A stretch of 64,000 nucleotides of DNA, taken from positions 1 through 64,000 of the IMG/VR virus record IMGVR_UViG_3300032038_000060; one strand, 5' to 3'. The position numbers and the translations under genes are program-made. Below the pieces are notes generated by a model, which saw only the letters and a list, made by a program, of their open reading frames with translations, did not search any database and was not told the origin of the DNA. Within the stretch, counting starts at the first letter, position 1; each line of letters opens with the position of its first letter. This stretch comes from a virus (Duplodnaviria > Caudoviricetes). Positions 37,639 to 46,058 of the stretch are shown in pieces.

Positions 37639-38214
37639 TTACAATATTGCAGAGACCTGCTGTTTAAGCGATTGAATAAACTGGATATTGTCAACTGCCG
37701 TCCGTTCACTAAGGGGATAAGACATAATTTGCGAAAGCATACCACCCGACGGCTTTTGTTCCTGCTGGTGCGTGATTTCCACTATTTTCCCCTTTTTCTT
37801 TTCAGTAACTTTTATACTTTCTTTCCAACTCCCAAAATTATTAACGAGGCTGTCTTCTGTGAGCTCGCTACCTTCATCTGGTTGGGGCAAGGCAACAGTT
37901 ATGATAATATGGCTATCATCAATGCTCTCAAAATTCTGGCGATTCGGAATGAATTTCTCAATCGAACGAAGCGGAAAGCCAACACTGCAGTATGTACCAT
38001 TTTCGTCAGCCAGGTTCATTCTGGAAACCTTTAGCGGCCTCCGTGATTTTGTATTCATCCTGGCCTCTTCGGTATAGGTGACAGTAGCAATGAGCCAAGC
38101 GCTCCATTCATACGCTTTCCAGAAATCACCTTGCTTGAACAAATGGATTTTATTCCATGTTGACGATTCTTTGCGTTCGCTTTCGATCGCCAAGCACTCT
38201 GTAAGTTGCGCCAT
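37639..38214 (-). CDS. DGR accessory protein, MutS domain-I-like (MSL type)
   Basis: 'KIHLFKQGDFWKAYEWSAW' resembles MutS_I 'LLFRVGDFYE'. Lies between the VR and the TR. Confidence 0.7.
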   Translation of the reverse strand: MAQLTECLAIESERKESSTWNKIHLFKQGDFWKAYEWSAWLIATVTYTEEARMNTKSRRPLKVSRMNLADENGTYCSVGFPLRSIEKFIPNRQNFESIDDSHIIITVALPQPDEGSELTEDSLVNNFGSWKESIKVTEKKKGKIVEITHQQEQKPSGGMLSQIMSYPLSERTAVDNIQFIQSLKQQVSAIL

Positions 38215-38242
38215 ATTTTTTTCTTTTGTTATTTACACGTCG

Positions 38243-38313
38243 CTCACACTTTCACCCACACCGCGCCGCGCCTTGTGGGGGCGCGACATAGCGCGGTGGG
38301 ATAAAAGTGTGAG
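38243..38313 (-). other. GC-rich hairpin/cruciform downstream of the VR (DGR homing element)
   Basis: ctcacacttt 38243-38252 with aaagtgtgag 38304-38313, accgcgc with gcgcggt, and cgcgcc with ggcgcg. Confidence 0.75.
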
Positions 38314-38323
38314 AATTGACAAG

Positions 38324-40483
38324 TTACTGGACTGGACGCACAGGGAAACCGTAGTACCGGTAGTTGTTGTTCTGTGGATTGACACCACCACTGCTGAAGG
38401 ACAGGCCGCGGGCACTACGACTGCTGTAGAACGTAGAAGACCAGTAGTTCCCGCCTGAACCGCGAACATAGCGAGACGTACCACTACCGTAGCCAGAGCA
38501 GGCAAAGAACAATCGCGCACCATTTATCTTGCTCTCAATGTAAAGACCTCTAATGCCATTAACTATTACACGCTTATCGGTTTTGGTTGTATCTACTTCT
38601 GTTCCATCAGCGTTTATATAGATGATATTGTTGAAGAGCTCAACAAATTCTTCTCTGGTAGGCATACGCCAAGGAGCACCGAGATTGGCACGTGCTGCAT
38701 CAAACTCTTCTCCGACAGCGATATTACCTGTTAGGGTATTACCCTTGGTGCTGCCATACACCTGTCCTTCATAGTAAGGTTCAGCATCGTTAACTCCTCC
38801 CCAATTCCAAGGACTGAAGGAACTGTCACTTGTCGGATTGTGACCATCAATGTTTCCCCAACTGAAGAATGTCTTCTCATATACAAAAGGTGTATCACAA
38901 AAACCACCTGGCTTTGTAATATCTATATCTCTTGCAGCCCATTTCACTCCACTTGGTAAACCCATATCAACAATCAATGCGGCTGGGTCAAAGGATGCAT
39001 CAGGACAGAACATATTGACAATATTCCACGCTGTGCCGGCGTACACCAATGTTACGTAGGTTTGTGCTTTGATGACACCGGCAGGCAATTTCTGCCCAAG
39101 AATATGGATAGGTTTCGCACCTGTCATGCTCACGTTGAGCGTTGCGTTCTCTGTGTTGATTGGCGTGGTGAAGAGTACATTTATAGTACCGTTCTCCAAT
39201 AGCACAAATTGAGGGATAGCAACCATCTTTGCTGCATCATAGGTGCCGGTCGAGCAGATGCCGTAGCCGAGACTGACGGCAGCGGCAGAAGTGCGCAGCA
39301 CGTTCAGACGGGGAGCGGCATTGGCCAGCGAATCGGCGACGTTCTGTGCATATTCGCAGATGAAGGTGGCCTCGCCTTCTGCACCCTCCTTCATTTCCAC
39401 GCCCACATCGTTCAGCGCATAGTCGCTGGAGAGGTTGACGGTGGCAATGGCAGGGATTTCCTTCTCATAGCGCACAGCACCGCTGATGGCAGTAGCGTTG
39501 GTGTCGCTGTAGCTGACGGTCGTACCATTGACTGACAGTGCCTGCTCTGAACCTTCAATCATGGCTGAGCCAGAGGCGGCAATGCCGCTGATAACCAGCG
39601 AGTGTGTGTAGGTCTGTGTCTCACCTTCCTCCACCTCGTCGGGGGTGTCGGTCCATACAGGCGAAGCGATGCGTGCAATCGGATCGGTAATCTGCCACTG
39701 GCTTGCACTGATGCGCTCTGCGACGGTCTTGGCACGTCCGCAAACGAGGAACTTGCCTGTGCCATTAGGTGCTGCAGCGAACAGTGCGCTCAGGCTCAGG
39801 CTGCCGCCGAGGTCGTCTTCTGCCGTAGGACTGATAAACTTGTTGTACCAATCCTCCCAGGCGATGCGGGCACAAGTCTCGGCATAGATGATGCCGCTGA
39901 CGATGATATAGCCAGGGCCGCTGGTGGTATATACCTTATAGGTGTTGCCGTTATAGGTAACTGTCTGAGGCGTGAGGGCAATGCCGTCGTTTACGGCTGT
40001 AGGTACACCACTTTCGGGAGCCTTGAAATAGATGGTGGCATTCTGGATATTCGAGCCGTCCTGAGCCACGAGAATCATTCCGTTGTTCTCGTCGGTCGTT
40101 CCGAAGGTGCCGAGTGTCAGCTTAGGCACGGGGAAATACCAACCGGCACCCACGGCCACCGCACCGCCTCCGTTTGTCTTCAGGCGCAACTGGTTCTCAG
40201 CTGTTGCCAACAGTCCTGTACACTTGAAGTCAGTGACAGGCACGATGCTCTTCAGCACACCGCCATCATCGCTGTTGATGGGGTCGTTGCCAGCCGTCGT
40301 GCGGACGGTATCGTCGAAATCGTTCTCTACAGGGAGGTTCTCCTCCGCCCACGATTCGAGATTACCAGCATTCAGGTCGGGGTAGGACCCGTCTGTGCTC
40401 GCCTTCTTAGGCATTTCTGTTTTCATCAACTCATCATGGTAAGCACCAAGCAAGCCTTCATTGATTAAATCTGTCTGTGCCAT
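38324..40483 (-). CDS. DGR target: tail fibre/receptor-binding protein with a C-terminal C-type-lectin-fold domain
   Basis: 719 aa. 'VDMGLPSGVKWA', 'WRMPTREEFVEL' and 'GNYWSST...GFPVRPVQ*'. The last 59 codons are the VR. Confidence 0.9.
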   Translation of the reverse strand: MAQTDLINEGLLGAYHDELMKTEMPKKASTDGSYPDLNAGNLESWAEENLPVENDFDDTVRTTAGNDPINSDDGGVLKSIVPVTDFKCTGLLATAENQLRLKTNGGGAVAVGAGWYFPVPKLTLGTFGTTDENNGMILVAQDGSNIQNATIYFKAPESGVPTAVNDGIALTPQTVTYNGNTYKVYTTSGPGYIIVSGIIYAETCARIAWEDWYNKFISPTAEDDLGGSLSLSALFAAAPNGTGKFLVCGRAKTVAERISASQWQITDPIARIASPVWTDTPDEVEEGETQTYTHSLVISGIAASGSAMIEGSEQALSVNGTTVSYSDTNATAISGAVRYEKEIPAIATVNLSSDYALNDVGVEMKEGAEGEATFICEYAQNVADSLANAAPRLNVLRTSAAAVSLGYGICSTGTYDAAKMVAIPQFVLLENGTINVLFTTPINTENATLNVSMTGAKPIHILGQKLPAGVIKAQTYVTLVYAGTAWNIVNMFCPDASFDPAALIVDMGLPSGVKWAARDIDITKPGGFCDTPFVYEKTFFSWGNIDGHNPTSDSSFSPWNWGGVNDAEPYYEGQVYGSTKGNTLTGNIAVGEEFDAARANLGAPWRMPTREEFVELFNNIIYINADGTEVDTTKTDKRVIVNGIRGLYIESKINGARLFFACSGYGSGTSRYVRGSGGNYWSSTFYSSRSARGLSFSSGGVNPQNNNYRYYGFPVRPVQ
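38327..38505 (-). repeat. DGR variable repeat (VR)
   Basis: See TR. Ends at the stop codon of the target gene. Confidence 0.97.
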
Positions 40484-40522
40484 AATTCAATATGTTTTTG
40501 TTGTTAATAAAATTGTCGATGT

Positions 40523-40963
40523 CTATGCGCTTGGAGTATAGTTCTTCACTATATTCCTTACGTTACTTTCTGTTGCTACGGCTGGCAGTTCTGCCGTCAC
40601 CACAGCGTCGAGTGCAGCCTGTGCCGCTTCATTAGCTGCCTGAGCAGCACTGTTAGCGCCTTGCGCCGCCGTGTTAGCCTGGCCTGCCTTGTCGCTGGCA
40701 AGGGTGGCCGCACTTCTGGCATCAGCGGCAGCGGCGTCGGCATCGGCAGCAGCCTGCGTGGCCACCTTGCCATTGAGAGCCTTATGCCACTTGGTAGCGC
40801 TGTCTGAAGGTGTTTCAGTGTTCTGGTTGTCAAGGCTTATCCAGTAGCAGTTGTCTTTTGTCACGCCGTCCAGATACTCGTAGCCCTGACCGCTGTTGTA
40901 GGATGCCGACCAGTCACCCCTGTCGGTATATCCTATCTTTCCAAAGTCTAAATCTGTTCCCAT
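40523..40963 (-). CDS. Short tail-fibre-like protein (Ala-rich coiled coil)
   Basis: 'DRGDWSASY...YEYLDGV' cap and AQ/AN heptads. Confidence 0.6.
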   Translation of the reverse strand: MGTDLDFGKIGYTDRGDWSASYNSGQGYEYLDGVTKDNCYWISLDNQNTETPSDSATKWHKALNGKVATQAAADADAAAADARSAATLASDKAGQANTAAQGANSAAQAANEAAQAALDAVVTAELPAVATESNVRNIVKNYTPSA

Positions 40964-40990
40964 ATATTCTATGTCATTTAAATGTTATTA

Positions 40991-41236
40991 CTACGTCGTC
41001 TGGTGCATGATGAGGTGGCCGTTCACCACCTCGAACGTGCCGTCGGCAGGGTTTCGACCCTTCAGGTGCATGTCGGCAGGGTCAACGTAAAGTCTGAACA
41101 TCGACGCCAGCGCCATGTTGTCTACCTCCGCTTTAGTATAGGTGTCCTGCTTGGTGGCGAACTCGTCTTCCAGTTTCTCCTTGAACCGCCCGAGCCGTCG
41201 GGTGGTTACATACTTTGTGGGATTCGTTATTGCCAT
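40991..41236 (-). CDS. Small tail-cluster protein
   Basis: Start MAITNPTKY. Shares its N-terminus with the next gene. Confidence 0.65.
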   Translation of the reverse strand: MAITNPTKYVTTRRLGRFKEKLEDEFATKQDTYTKAEVDNMALASMFRLYVDPADMHLKGRNPADGTFEVVNGHLIMHQTT

Positions 41237-41319
41237 AATCTTTTTCAAATTGAAAATTGAAAATTAAAAATTGAAGCTCCGTGGGGAGTCGAACCCCACG
41301 AAGCCAATGAGAAAGAGAT

Positions 41320-42207
41320 TTAGCTGAAGATGCTGTCGATGTCGTCGTCAGAGCACTCGTTGATACCAGCGAGCTTTTCAGCCTGAGCAGCGGTCATAAG
41401 ACCGTTGTTGCCACCTACGCCAGAGGTGGAAGCAGAAACGACCTTCACACCCTTCTTGGTAGCGGTGATGACACCGTTAGCGTCCTGACTGATAGAGTCG
41501 ATGAACTCGTCGTCAGTACCGTCAGCAGATGGGTCGTTGACAGCTGTCTGCACGGTCTTGTAGTTACCAGCAGCCTGGAAGTCAGAAGGCTTGCAGCTAC
41601 CATCGACAGGGTTGCCGTTCTCGTCGAACACAGCGAAGTTGCCAGTAACGGCGTCGGTGTCCTTGTCGGCCTTGCCAGAGATATCCTGGTGCTCAACAAC
41701 TACGCGCTGAGTCAGACCACTCTTCAGGGTGATGTCCTTCTTGGTGCTGTCGCCAGAAACGGCTTCAACAGCCATCTCACTCTTCAGAGCGTAGCCTGAG
41801 AGGTCGTACATACCCTGGAAGATGTCGTACTTGTAAGAAGGCTCAGCAGCTGTGCCTACGTTTGCCACGTAGATGTTTGCACCTGCAGGGATGCTCTTGC
41901 CAGCACCTTCTGCAAAGTCAGCAGTTGTTGTGAACGCATCGCTGATGTTCCACATAAAGCCCAGGTTACCGGCAGCGAGGTCGGTAGAAGGAGCAAGTTG
42001 CGAGAACGTGCGAGTTCCCTTTGGAATGATAGCAGAAGGGATAGCTTGAATCTTGCCAAGGAGTTCAGCAAGAGCAGCCTCTACGGTTTCTGCATTAAGA
42101 CCTGTGATGGCGGTAATCGCCTGTGTCTGATACTTAGCGGCGAGCTTGGACTCGAAACGGCTAAGCCTTTGTACGCTAACGTACTTTGTAGGATTTGTTA
42201 ATGCCAT
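41320..42207 (-). CDS. Tail-fibre-like structural protein
   Basis: Start MALTNPTKY. 'GKADK', 'NGLMTAAQAEKLAGI' and C-terminal 'DDDIDSIF'. Confidence 0.65.
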   Translation of the reverse strand: MALTNPTKYVSVQRLSRFESKLAAKYQTQAITAITGLNAETVEAALAELLGKIQAIPSAIIPKGTRTFSQLAPSTDLAAGNLGFMWNISDAFTTTADFAEGAGKSIPAGANIYVANVGTAAEPSYKYDIFQGMYDLSGYALKSEMAVEAVSGDSTKKDITLKSGLTQRVVVEHQDISGKADKDTDAVTGNFAVFDENGNPVDGSCKPSDFQAAGNYKTVQTAVNDPSADGTDDEFIDSISQDANGVITATKKGVKVVSASTSGVGGNNGLMTAAQAEKLAGINECSDDDIDSIFS

Positions 42208-42334
42208 AGTGGTAAACAAATTTTGAGGTTAATAATTGAGTAAACAAAATATCTGGGGGCGGTAGTTATCCGCCAATACAGATTATTTCCAAGCGGCAGG
42301 GAATTGTGCGGAGTAAATTCTTAACTCTTCACTT

Positions 42335-42595
42335 TTAACTCTTAACTCCCTCTGCCTCTCCTGCCTGTACTTTGGCAGGAACCTTCATTGCGACGAACAG
42401 TTGTCCGTCAGCATCCTGCATCAGCATCTGCTTCTGCCCGCTTTCCTCGCAGTAGTCGTTGAAGAACTTCGTGAACATCGTCATGATGTCATTGCCCGTG
42501 AGCTTGTAGGCTCCCTTTGCGGGCTTACCGTTCTTACACATGCGGCCTACATAGAAGCCGTCTTCCTGCTGAAAAATGTCTAATGCCTGTGCCAT
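42335..42595 (-). CDS. Hypothetical protein
   Basis: 86-aa ORF in the operon. Confidence 0.6.
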   Translation of the reverse strand: MAQALDIFQQEDGFYVGRMCKNGKPAKGAYKLTGNDIMTMFTKFFNDYCEESGQKQMLMQDADGQLFVAMKVPAKVQAGEAEGVKS

Positions 42596-42603
42596 AGTTT
42601 TTT

Positions 42604-42834
42604 TTATTGTTTATTGTTGAAGATGCTGTCGATATCATCCTCGGCAGCCTCGATGTCAGGAGAAAGGTCTTCCTGATGAACACCTCCGTCGATAATCTCC
42701 TCTGTGCCCACGCTGTCGGGACCAGGCTTGCCGCCCTCATGGTCTTCCGGCCAGATAACCGGCACCTGACGTATGCCCCAGCCAAACTCGCGGAGGTCAA
42801 TCCAAATCTTCTCGAATCTGTCTTCCTTGTCCAT
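42604..42834 (-). CDS. Small tail-cluster protein
   Basis: 76 aa, ends 'AAEDDIDSIFNNKQ'. Confidence 0.6.
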   Translation of the reverse strand: MDKEDRFEKIWIDLREFGWGIRQVPVIWPEDHEGGKPGPDSVGTEEIIDGGVHQEDLSPDIEAAEDDIDSIFNNKQ

Positions 42835-42839
42835 AGTCG

Positions 42840-43523
42840 TTATGAATTAAAGATTTCGTCGATGTCCTCGTCTGTGGCCTCGTTGTCCTGGTCGTGTTCT
42901 TCGATGTCCTGCTGAATCTTCTGAGGGATGGTCTCGTCATCGCTTATTCCCTGTGCAGCATCGAGCATTTCGGGAACAGTGTCGATGACACCGTTAGGGT
43001 CACGGCCTTCCCATTTCTCCAGGAACTCGTCGCCAGTCATCTTCATTCTTATTTTTCCCATATCTTCTATCTGTTGTGATTTGTCTGAATGAAAACATAT
43101 GCGCTTGCCGTCACTTGTCAGTATATACTTTCCGTCACAGTCGCAGAGGTATTCGTCACCATCGACGCTTACCGTCCACACCTGCTCATACTGCACCACG
43201 TGCTCGCATTTGCAATGGCACGTCTTACCGAGGTAGCCCACACGGCACAGCTCCTGCGCATCGGTGAAGTCGCGCCGCTGGTCGTCGTAGTCCTCGTCCT
43301 CATAGCGCCCGTGAAAGTAGGCGTAATAGATACCTCGCTTGACATTATCCATCACGAAATACCAACTGCCCTCATCATCCCAAAAGCAGTCGCTCTTCGT
43401 CAAGTTATACCTCACACGTCCGCACTGGTCCTTAATCTTTATCTCGAAGTTATCCTCCGAAAGATTAAAGTCCGGCTGCGTCGTGGTGATACGGAACTTT
43501 AGGTCAGTACCGGGGTAAATCAT
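42840..43523 (-). CDS. Tail/baseplate-associated protein
   Basis: The N-terminus 'GTDLKFRI...FNLSEDNFEIKI' resembles 45290-45706 'GEEKKFAI...FSMDDNDFEIEV'. Ends 'ATDEDIDEIFNS'. Confidence 0.55.
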   Translation of the reverse strand: MIYPGTDLKFRITTTQPDFNLSEDNFEIKIKDQCGRVRYNLTKSDCFWDDEGSWYFVMDNVKRGIYYAYFHGRYEDEDYDDQRRDFTDAQELCRVGYLGKTCHCKCEHVVQYEQVWTVSVDGDEYLCDCDGKYILTSDGKRICFHSDKSQQIEDMGKIRMKMTGDEFLEKWEGRDPNGVIDTVPEMLDAAQGISDDETIPQKIQQDIEEHDQDNEATDEDIDEIFNS

Positions 43524-43559
43524 TTTTCAAGTTGAGAGTTGAAAGTTGATAGTTGACAG

Positions 43560-43850
43560 TTACTCACCGGATTCCTCTTCTTCCTCTTCCGGTTCGGGTT
43601 CAAGCTCTGGTTCAGCGTCTGGACTCCAATTCTTCACGATGCCACGAACTCCCTCTTCGCTGGCCATCTTTAGGTTCTCCTTGGCTACATAACTGCCCAG
43701 CGCTTCATGTACTGCACCACTACTAATCATGTTACCACTCTCTGCTGTTGGCTCAGCATCGGCGTTGTTTACCTTGTCGAGTAATGCCTCTACCTCGTCT
43801 TTGGTCCTGTACTTCATGTAGCGAGGATCTACTGTTACGTTGTTTCCCAT
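43560..43850 (-). CDS. Small tail-cluster protein
   Basis: 'DAEPTAESGNMISSGAVHEAL' is a common fibre motif. First gene after a late promoter. Confidence 0.6.
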   Translation of the reverse strand: MGNNVTVDPRYMKYRTKDEVEALLDKVNNADAEPTAESGNMISSGAVHEALGSYVAKENLKMASEEGVRGIVKNWSPDAEPELEPEPEEEEEESGE

Positions 43851-43882
43851 ACTTCAAAAATTTTGCGTTTGTGTTTTTGTTT

Positions 43883-43917
43883 CAAAATAGGATTTTACCT
43901 CCCCGAAGTCAAGGGCA
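43883..43917 (-). promoter_or_regulatory. Phage late-promoter motif (leftward)
   Basis: caagggca 43910-43917 and caaaata 43883-43889, 20-nt spacer. Confidence 0.75.
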
Positions 43918-43949
43918 GAGAATTTGTATCAGTTTTATGCTGACGACCC

Positions 43950-43984
43950 TGCCCTTGACCTCGCACATGTTTGGCGCTATTTTG
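43950..43984 (+). promoter_or_regulatory. Phage late-promoter motif (rightward)
   Basis: TGCCCTTG 43950-43957 and TATTTTG 43978-43984. Confidence 0.75.
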
Positions 43985-44007
43985 CGGAAAAAAGAAACAG
44001 CAAAAAT

Positions 44008-45216
44008 ATGTTTATTACAAGAGAAAGTGAAATCATATCGCTCATGCCAACGGCACGATGGAAAAAACCGGAACAGCTGAAAGGTTATCTGGAGGAAGAG
44101 GAACGTGTTGCACTCGAACCATTACTTGGCACTCCCCTGTATGAATATCTGTGTGAAGAATACGAAAGGCTTATAGGTGTATATGGCGATATCACTTCTT
44201 CAACGATAACGCCGACAAAGAAGGCAAAGGATGATCCAGAAGTACCGTATGTTGACGTTACGGAAATTCACGAGAATACTCGTCGTAAAGATGCACACGT
44301 TCCATGTGCAATATGCGAAGACACATTCTCTGAGGTCCCGGATAAAGATATGGTTACAATCTGCCTTCTCCGCATCTGCCAGCGCATCGAGTTTTATAAG
44401 ATGCTTTCGCACAAGGCTGGTCTGCTGGCTGTCAGCTTCAATGAGGGTGGCGGCATGAACGTTGTCAGTGCCGATGGCTACGACCCTGCGTCGGACAAGG
44501 ACCGCGACGAAGCAAGAAAGGATGCCTTTATGTCAGCCGGACGCGCTGTGGATGACCTGCTGATTTATCTTGAAACAGACGCAAAAGGCAAAAAGTATTT
44601 TACTGAACTCTGGCAGCAGGCGGATGCTTACTACCTCCATAAGGATCTGCTGTTCCAAACGGCTCGCATCCTTAACGAATACCTTGACATCAAGGGTGAT
44701 AGGATGGCATACGTGGCATTGGTACGTGACATTCGCTTCTGTCAGAACACATACCTGAAACCACGCATAGGTAGCAAACTGCTAAAGGCGGTGGTGGAGT
44801 TTGAGAATGACGGGGCGGCTTCTCAGGATGACAGAATTACGGAATCTCGATATAACGAAATAATGACTGAATTGGCCGTTCTCCTCCGCACCGCTTTGGC
44901 ATTCTACGTAGAAAGCCGAAAAGTTGAGATTGGACCTAAGCAGGAGAAGTTGGCACGCCGTGACTCCATGACCGATGCACAGCAGGCAATGGCAATGGCA
45001 TGCCAGTATATCGAAGAAAATCTCGATGACCTGGGAGATGCAGCCGTAGGCACACCTATATATAACGCGATACGTACACGCGAGGAGCAGGCAGCGAAAG
45101 ACGCTGCCAGCGTTCAGGCCGCCTGTGACCGCCGCCGCAAAGAGGCGTGTGAGACAAGCCGTAAGAAACTGTTTACGGCTTTTCCGGCAACGCATAGAAT
45201 ACCGGAATATAAATAG
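44008..45216 (+). CDS. Probable head completion/adaptor protein
   Basis: Start MFITRE at 44008, after the promoter. Helical, 'LEPLLGTPLYEYL' and 'YLKPRIGSKL'. Precedes the head genes. Confidence 0.45.
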   Translation: MFITRESEIISLMPTARWKKPEQLKGYLEEEERVALEPLLGTPLYEYLCEEYERLIGVYGDITSSTITPTKKAKDDPEVPYVDVTEIHENTRRKDAHVPCAICEDTFSEVPDKDMVTICLLRICQRIEFYKMLSHKAGLLAVSFNEGGGMNVVSADGYDPASDKDRDEARKDAFMSAGRAVDDLLIYLETDAKGKKYFTELWQQADAYYLHKDLLFQTARILNEYLDIKGDRMAYVALVRDIRFCQNTYLKPRIGSKLLKAVVEFENDGAASQDDRITESRYNEIMTELAVLLRTALAFYVESRKVEIGPKQEKLARRDSMTDAQQAMAMACQYIEENLDDLGDAAVGTPIYNAIRTREEQAAKDAASVQAACDRRRKEACETSRKKLFTAFPATHRIPEYK

Positions 45217-45227
45217 CAGAAAAAGTC

Positions 45228-45262
45228 TGCCCTTGACTGTGGCGAGGTAAAATCCTATTTTG
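45228..45262 (+). promoter_or_regulatory. Phage late-promoter motif
   Basis: TGCCCTTG 45228-45235 and TATTTTG 45256-45262. Heads the protease/capsid operon. Confidence 0.75.
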
Positions 45263-45289
45263 CAATCAAAAACACAAATACAAAAAATT

Positions 45290-45706
45290 ATGGCACAAGC
45301 AAACGTATTCTTCAAAGGCGAAGAGAAGAAGTTCGCCATCAACATCGAAGCTGCTGGCTTCAGCATGGACGATAACGACTTCGAGATCGAGGTAACTAAC
45401 GGCAAGGAGAGTATCTCAGCCTTAAAGGCAGGCGAGCCTACTGCGTCAGGCATCTGGACTAACGAGGACGGTTCGCTGGTCATCTTCTACGAGGAAGAGA
45501 CAGTCACCATACCTCCTGTAGAAGAAGGCGGAGAGCCTACCGCTAACACCGTTAAGAACTGGTTCGCCATCATCGACACACAATACTTTGAAAAAACAGG
45601 TGAGCTGAAGGTTATCGGAACGGCCTACATCGTTGATTCGAAGGCTTACGACGGCGTGCGCAAGTCTATCGACGTGGCTACACTTGGAACACTAAAAAGC
45701 AAGTAA
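45290..45706 (+). CDS. Structural beta-sandwich protein
   Basis: Start MAQANV. Paralogous to the N-terminus of 42840-43523. Confidence 0.55.
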   Translation: MAQANVFFKGEEKKFAINIEAAGFSMDDNDFEIEVTNGKESISALKAGEPTASGIWTNEDGSLVIFYEEETVTIPPVEEGGEPTANTVKNWFAIIDTQYFEKTGELKVIGTAYIVDSKAYDGVRKSIDVATLGTLKSK

Positions 45707-45709
45707 ACT

Positions 45710-46033
45710 ATGGGCTGCATAAATATCACCGTAAATCCCGTTGCTCCTACCGTGCTCGGTATTACTCCACAAGAGGGTGCCAGCATGGATATGAGCCCCG
45801 TGGCCGGTGCGTCGCTCGAAGCTACTCCTGCAGAACCTGCCTTGATTGGTGTAACTCCTGCAGCGCCGTCTGCACTACAGGTTATACCGCAAAATGGCTG
45901 CACGTTAACTATCGGCGAGATATGCAGTGTCAGTGGTGGTACTATTGTCGTACTTGCCGCAGCAGATGGGCCTCTGCGCCTAAGGGATGGAGGATATCTT
46001 CTGTTGGACCCAGAGGCAAACCCACCTGAATAG
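45710..46033 (+). CDS. Hypothetical protein (P/A/V/T-rich)
   Basis: 107-aa ORF in the operon. Confidence 0.55.
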   Translation: MGCINITVNPVAPTVLGITPQEGASMDMSPVAGASLEATPAEPALIGVTPAAPSALQVIPQNGCTLTIGEICSVSGGTIVVLAAADGPLRLRDGGYLLLDPEANPPE

Positions 46034-46058
46034 AAACAACACAAGAACAATAAGTAAT

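Noticed and set aside
41280-41302. tRNA T-arm-like sequence (gtggggttcgactccccac on the minus strand)
   Set aside because: Only a single hairpin, with no acceptor, D or anticodon arms. Not called as a tRNA.
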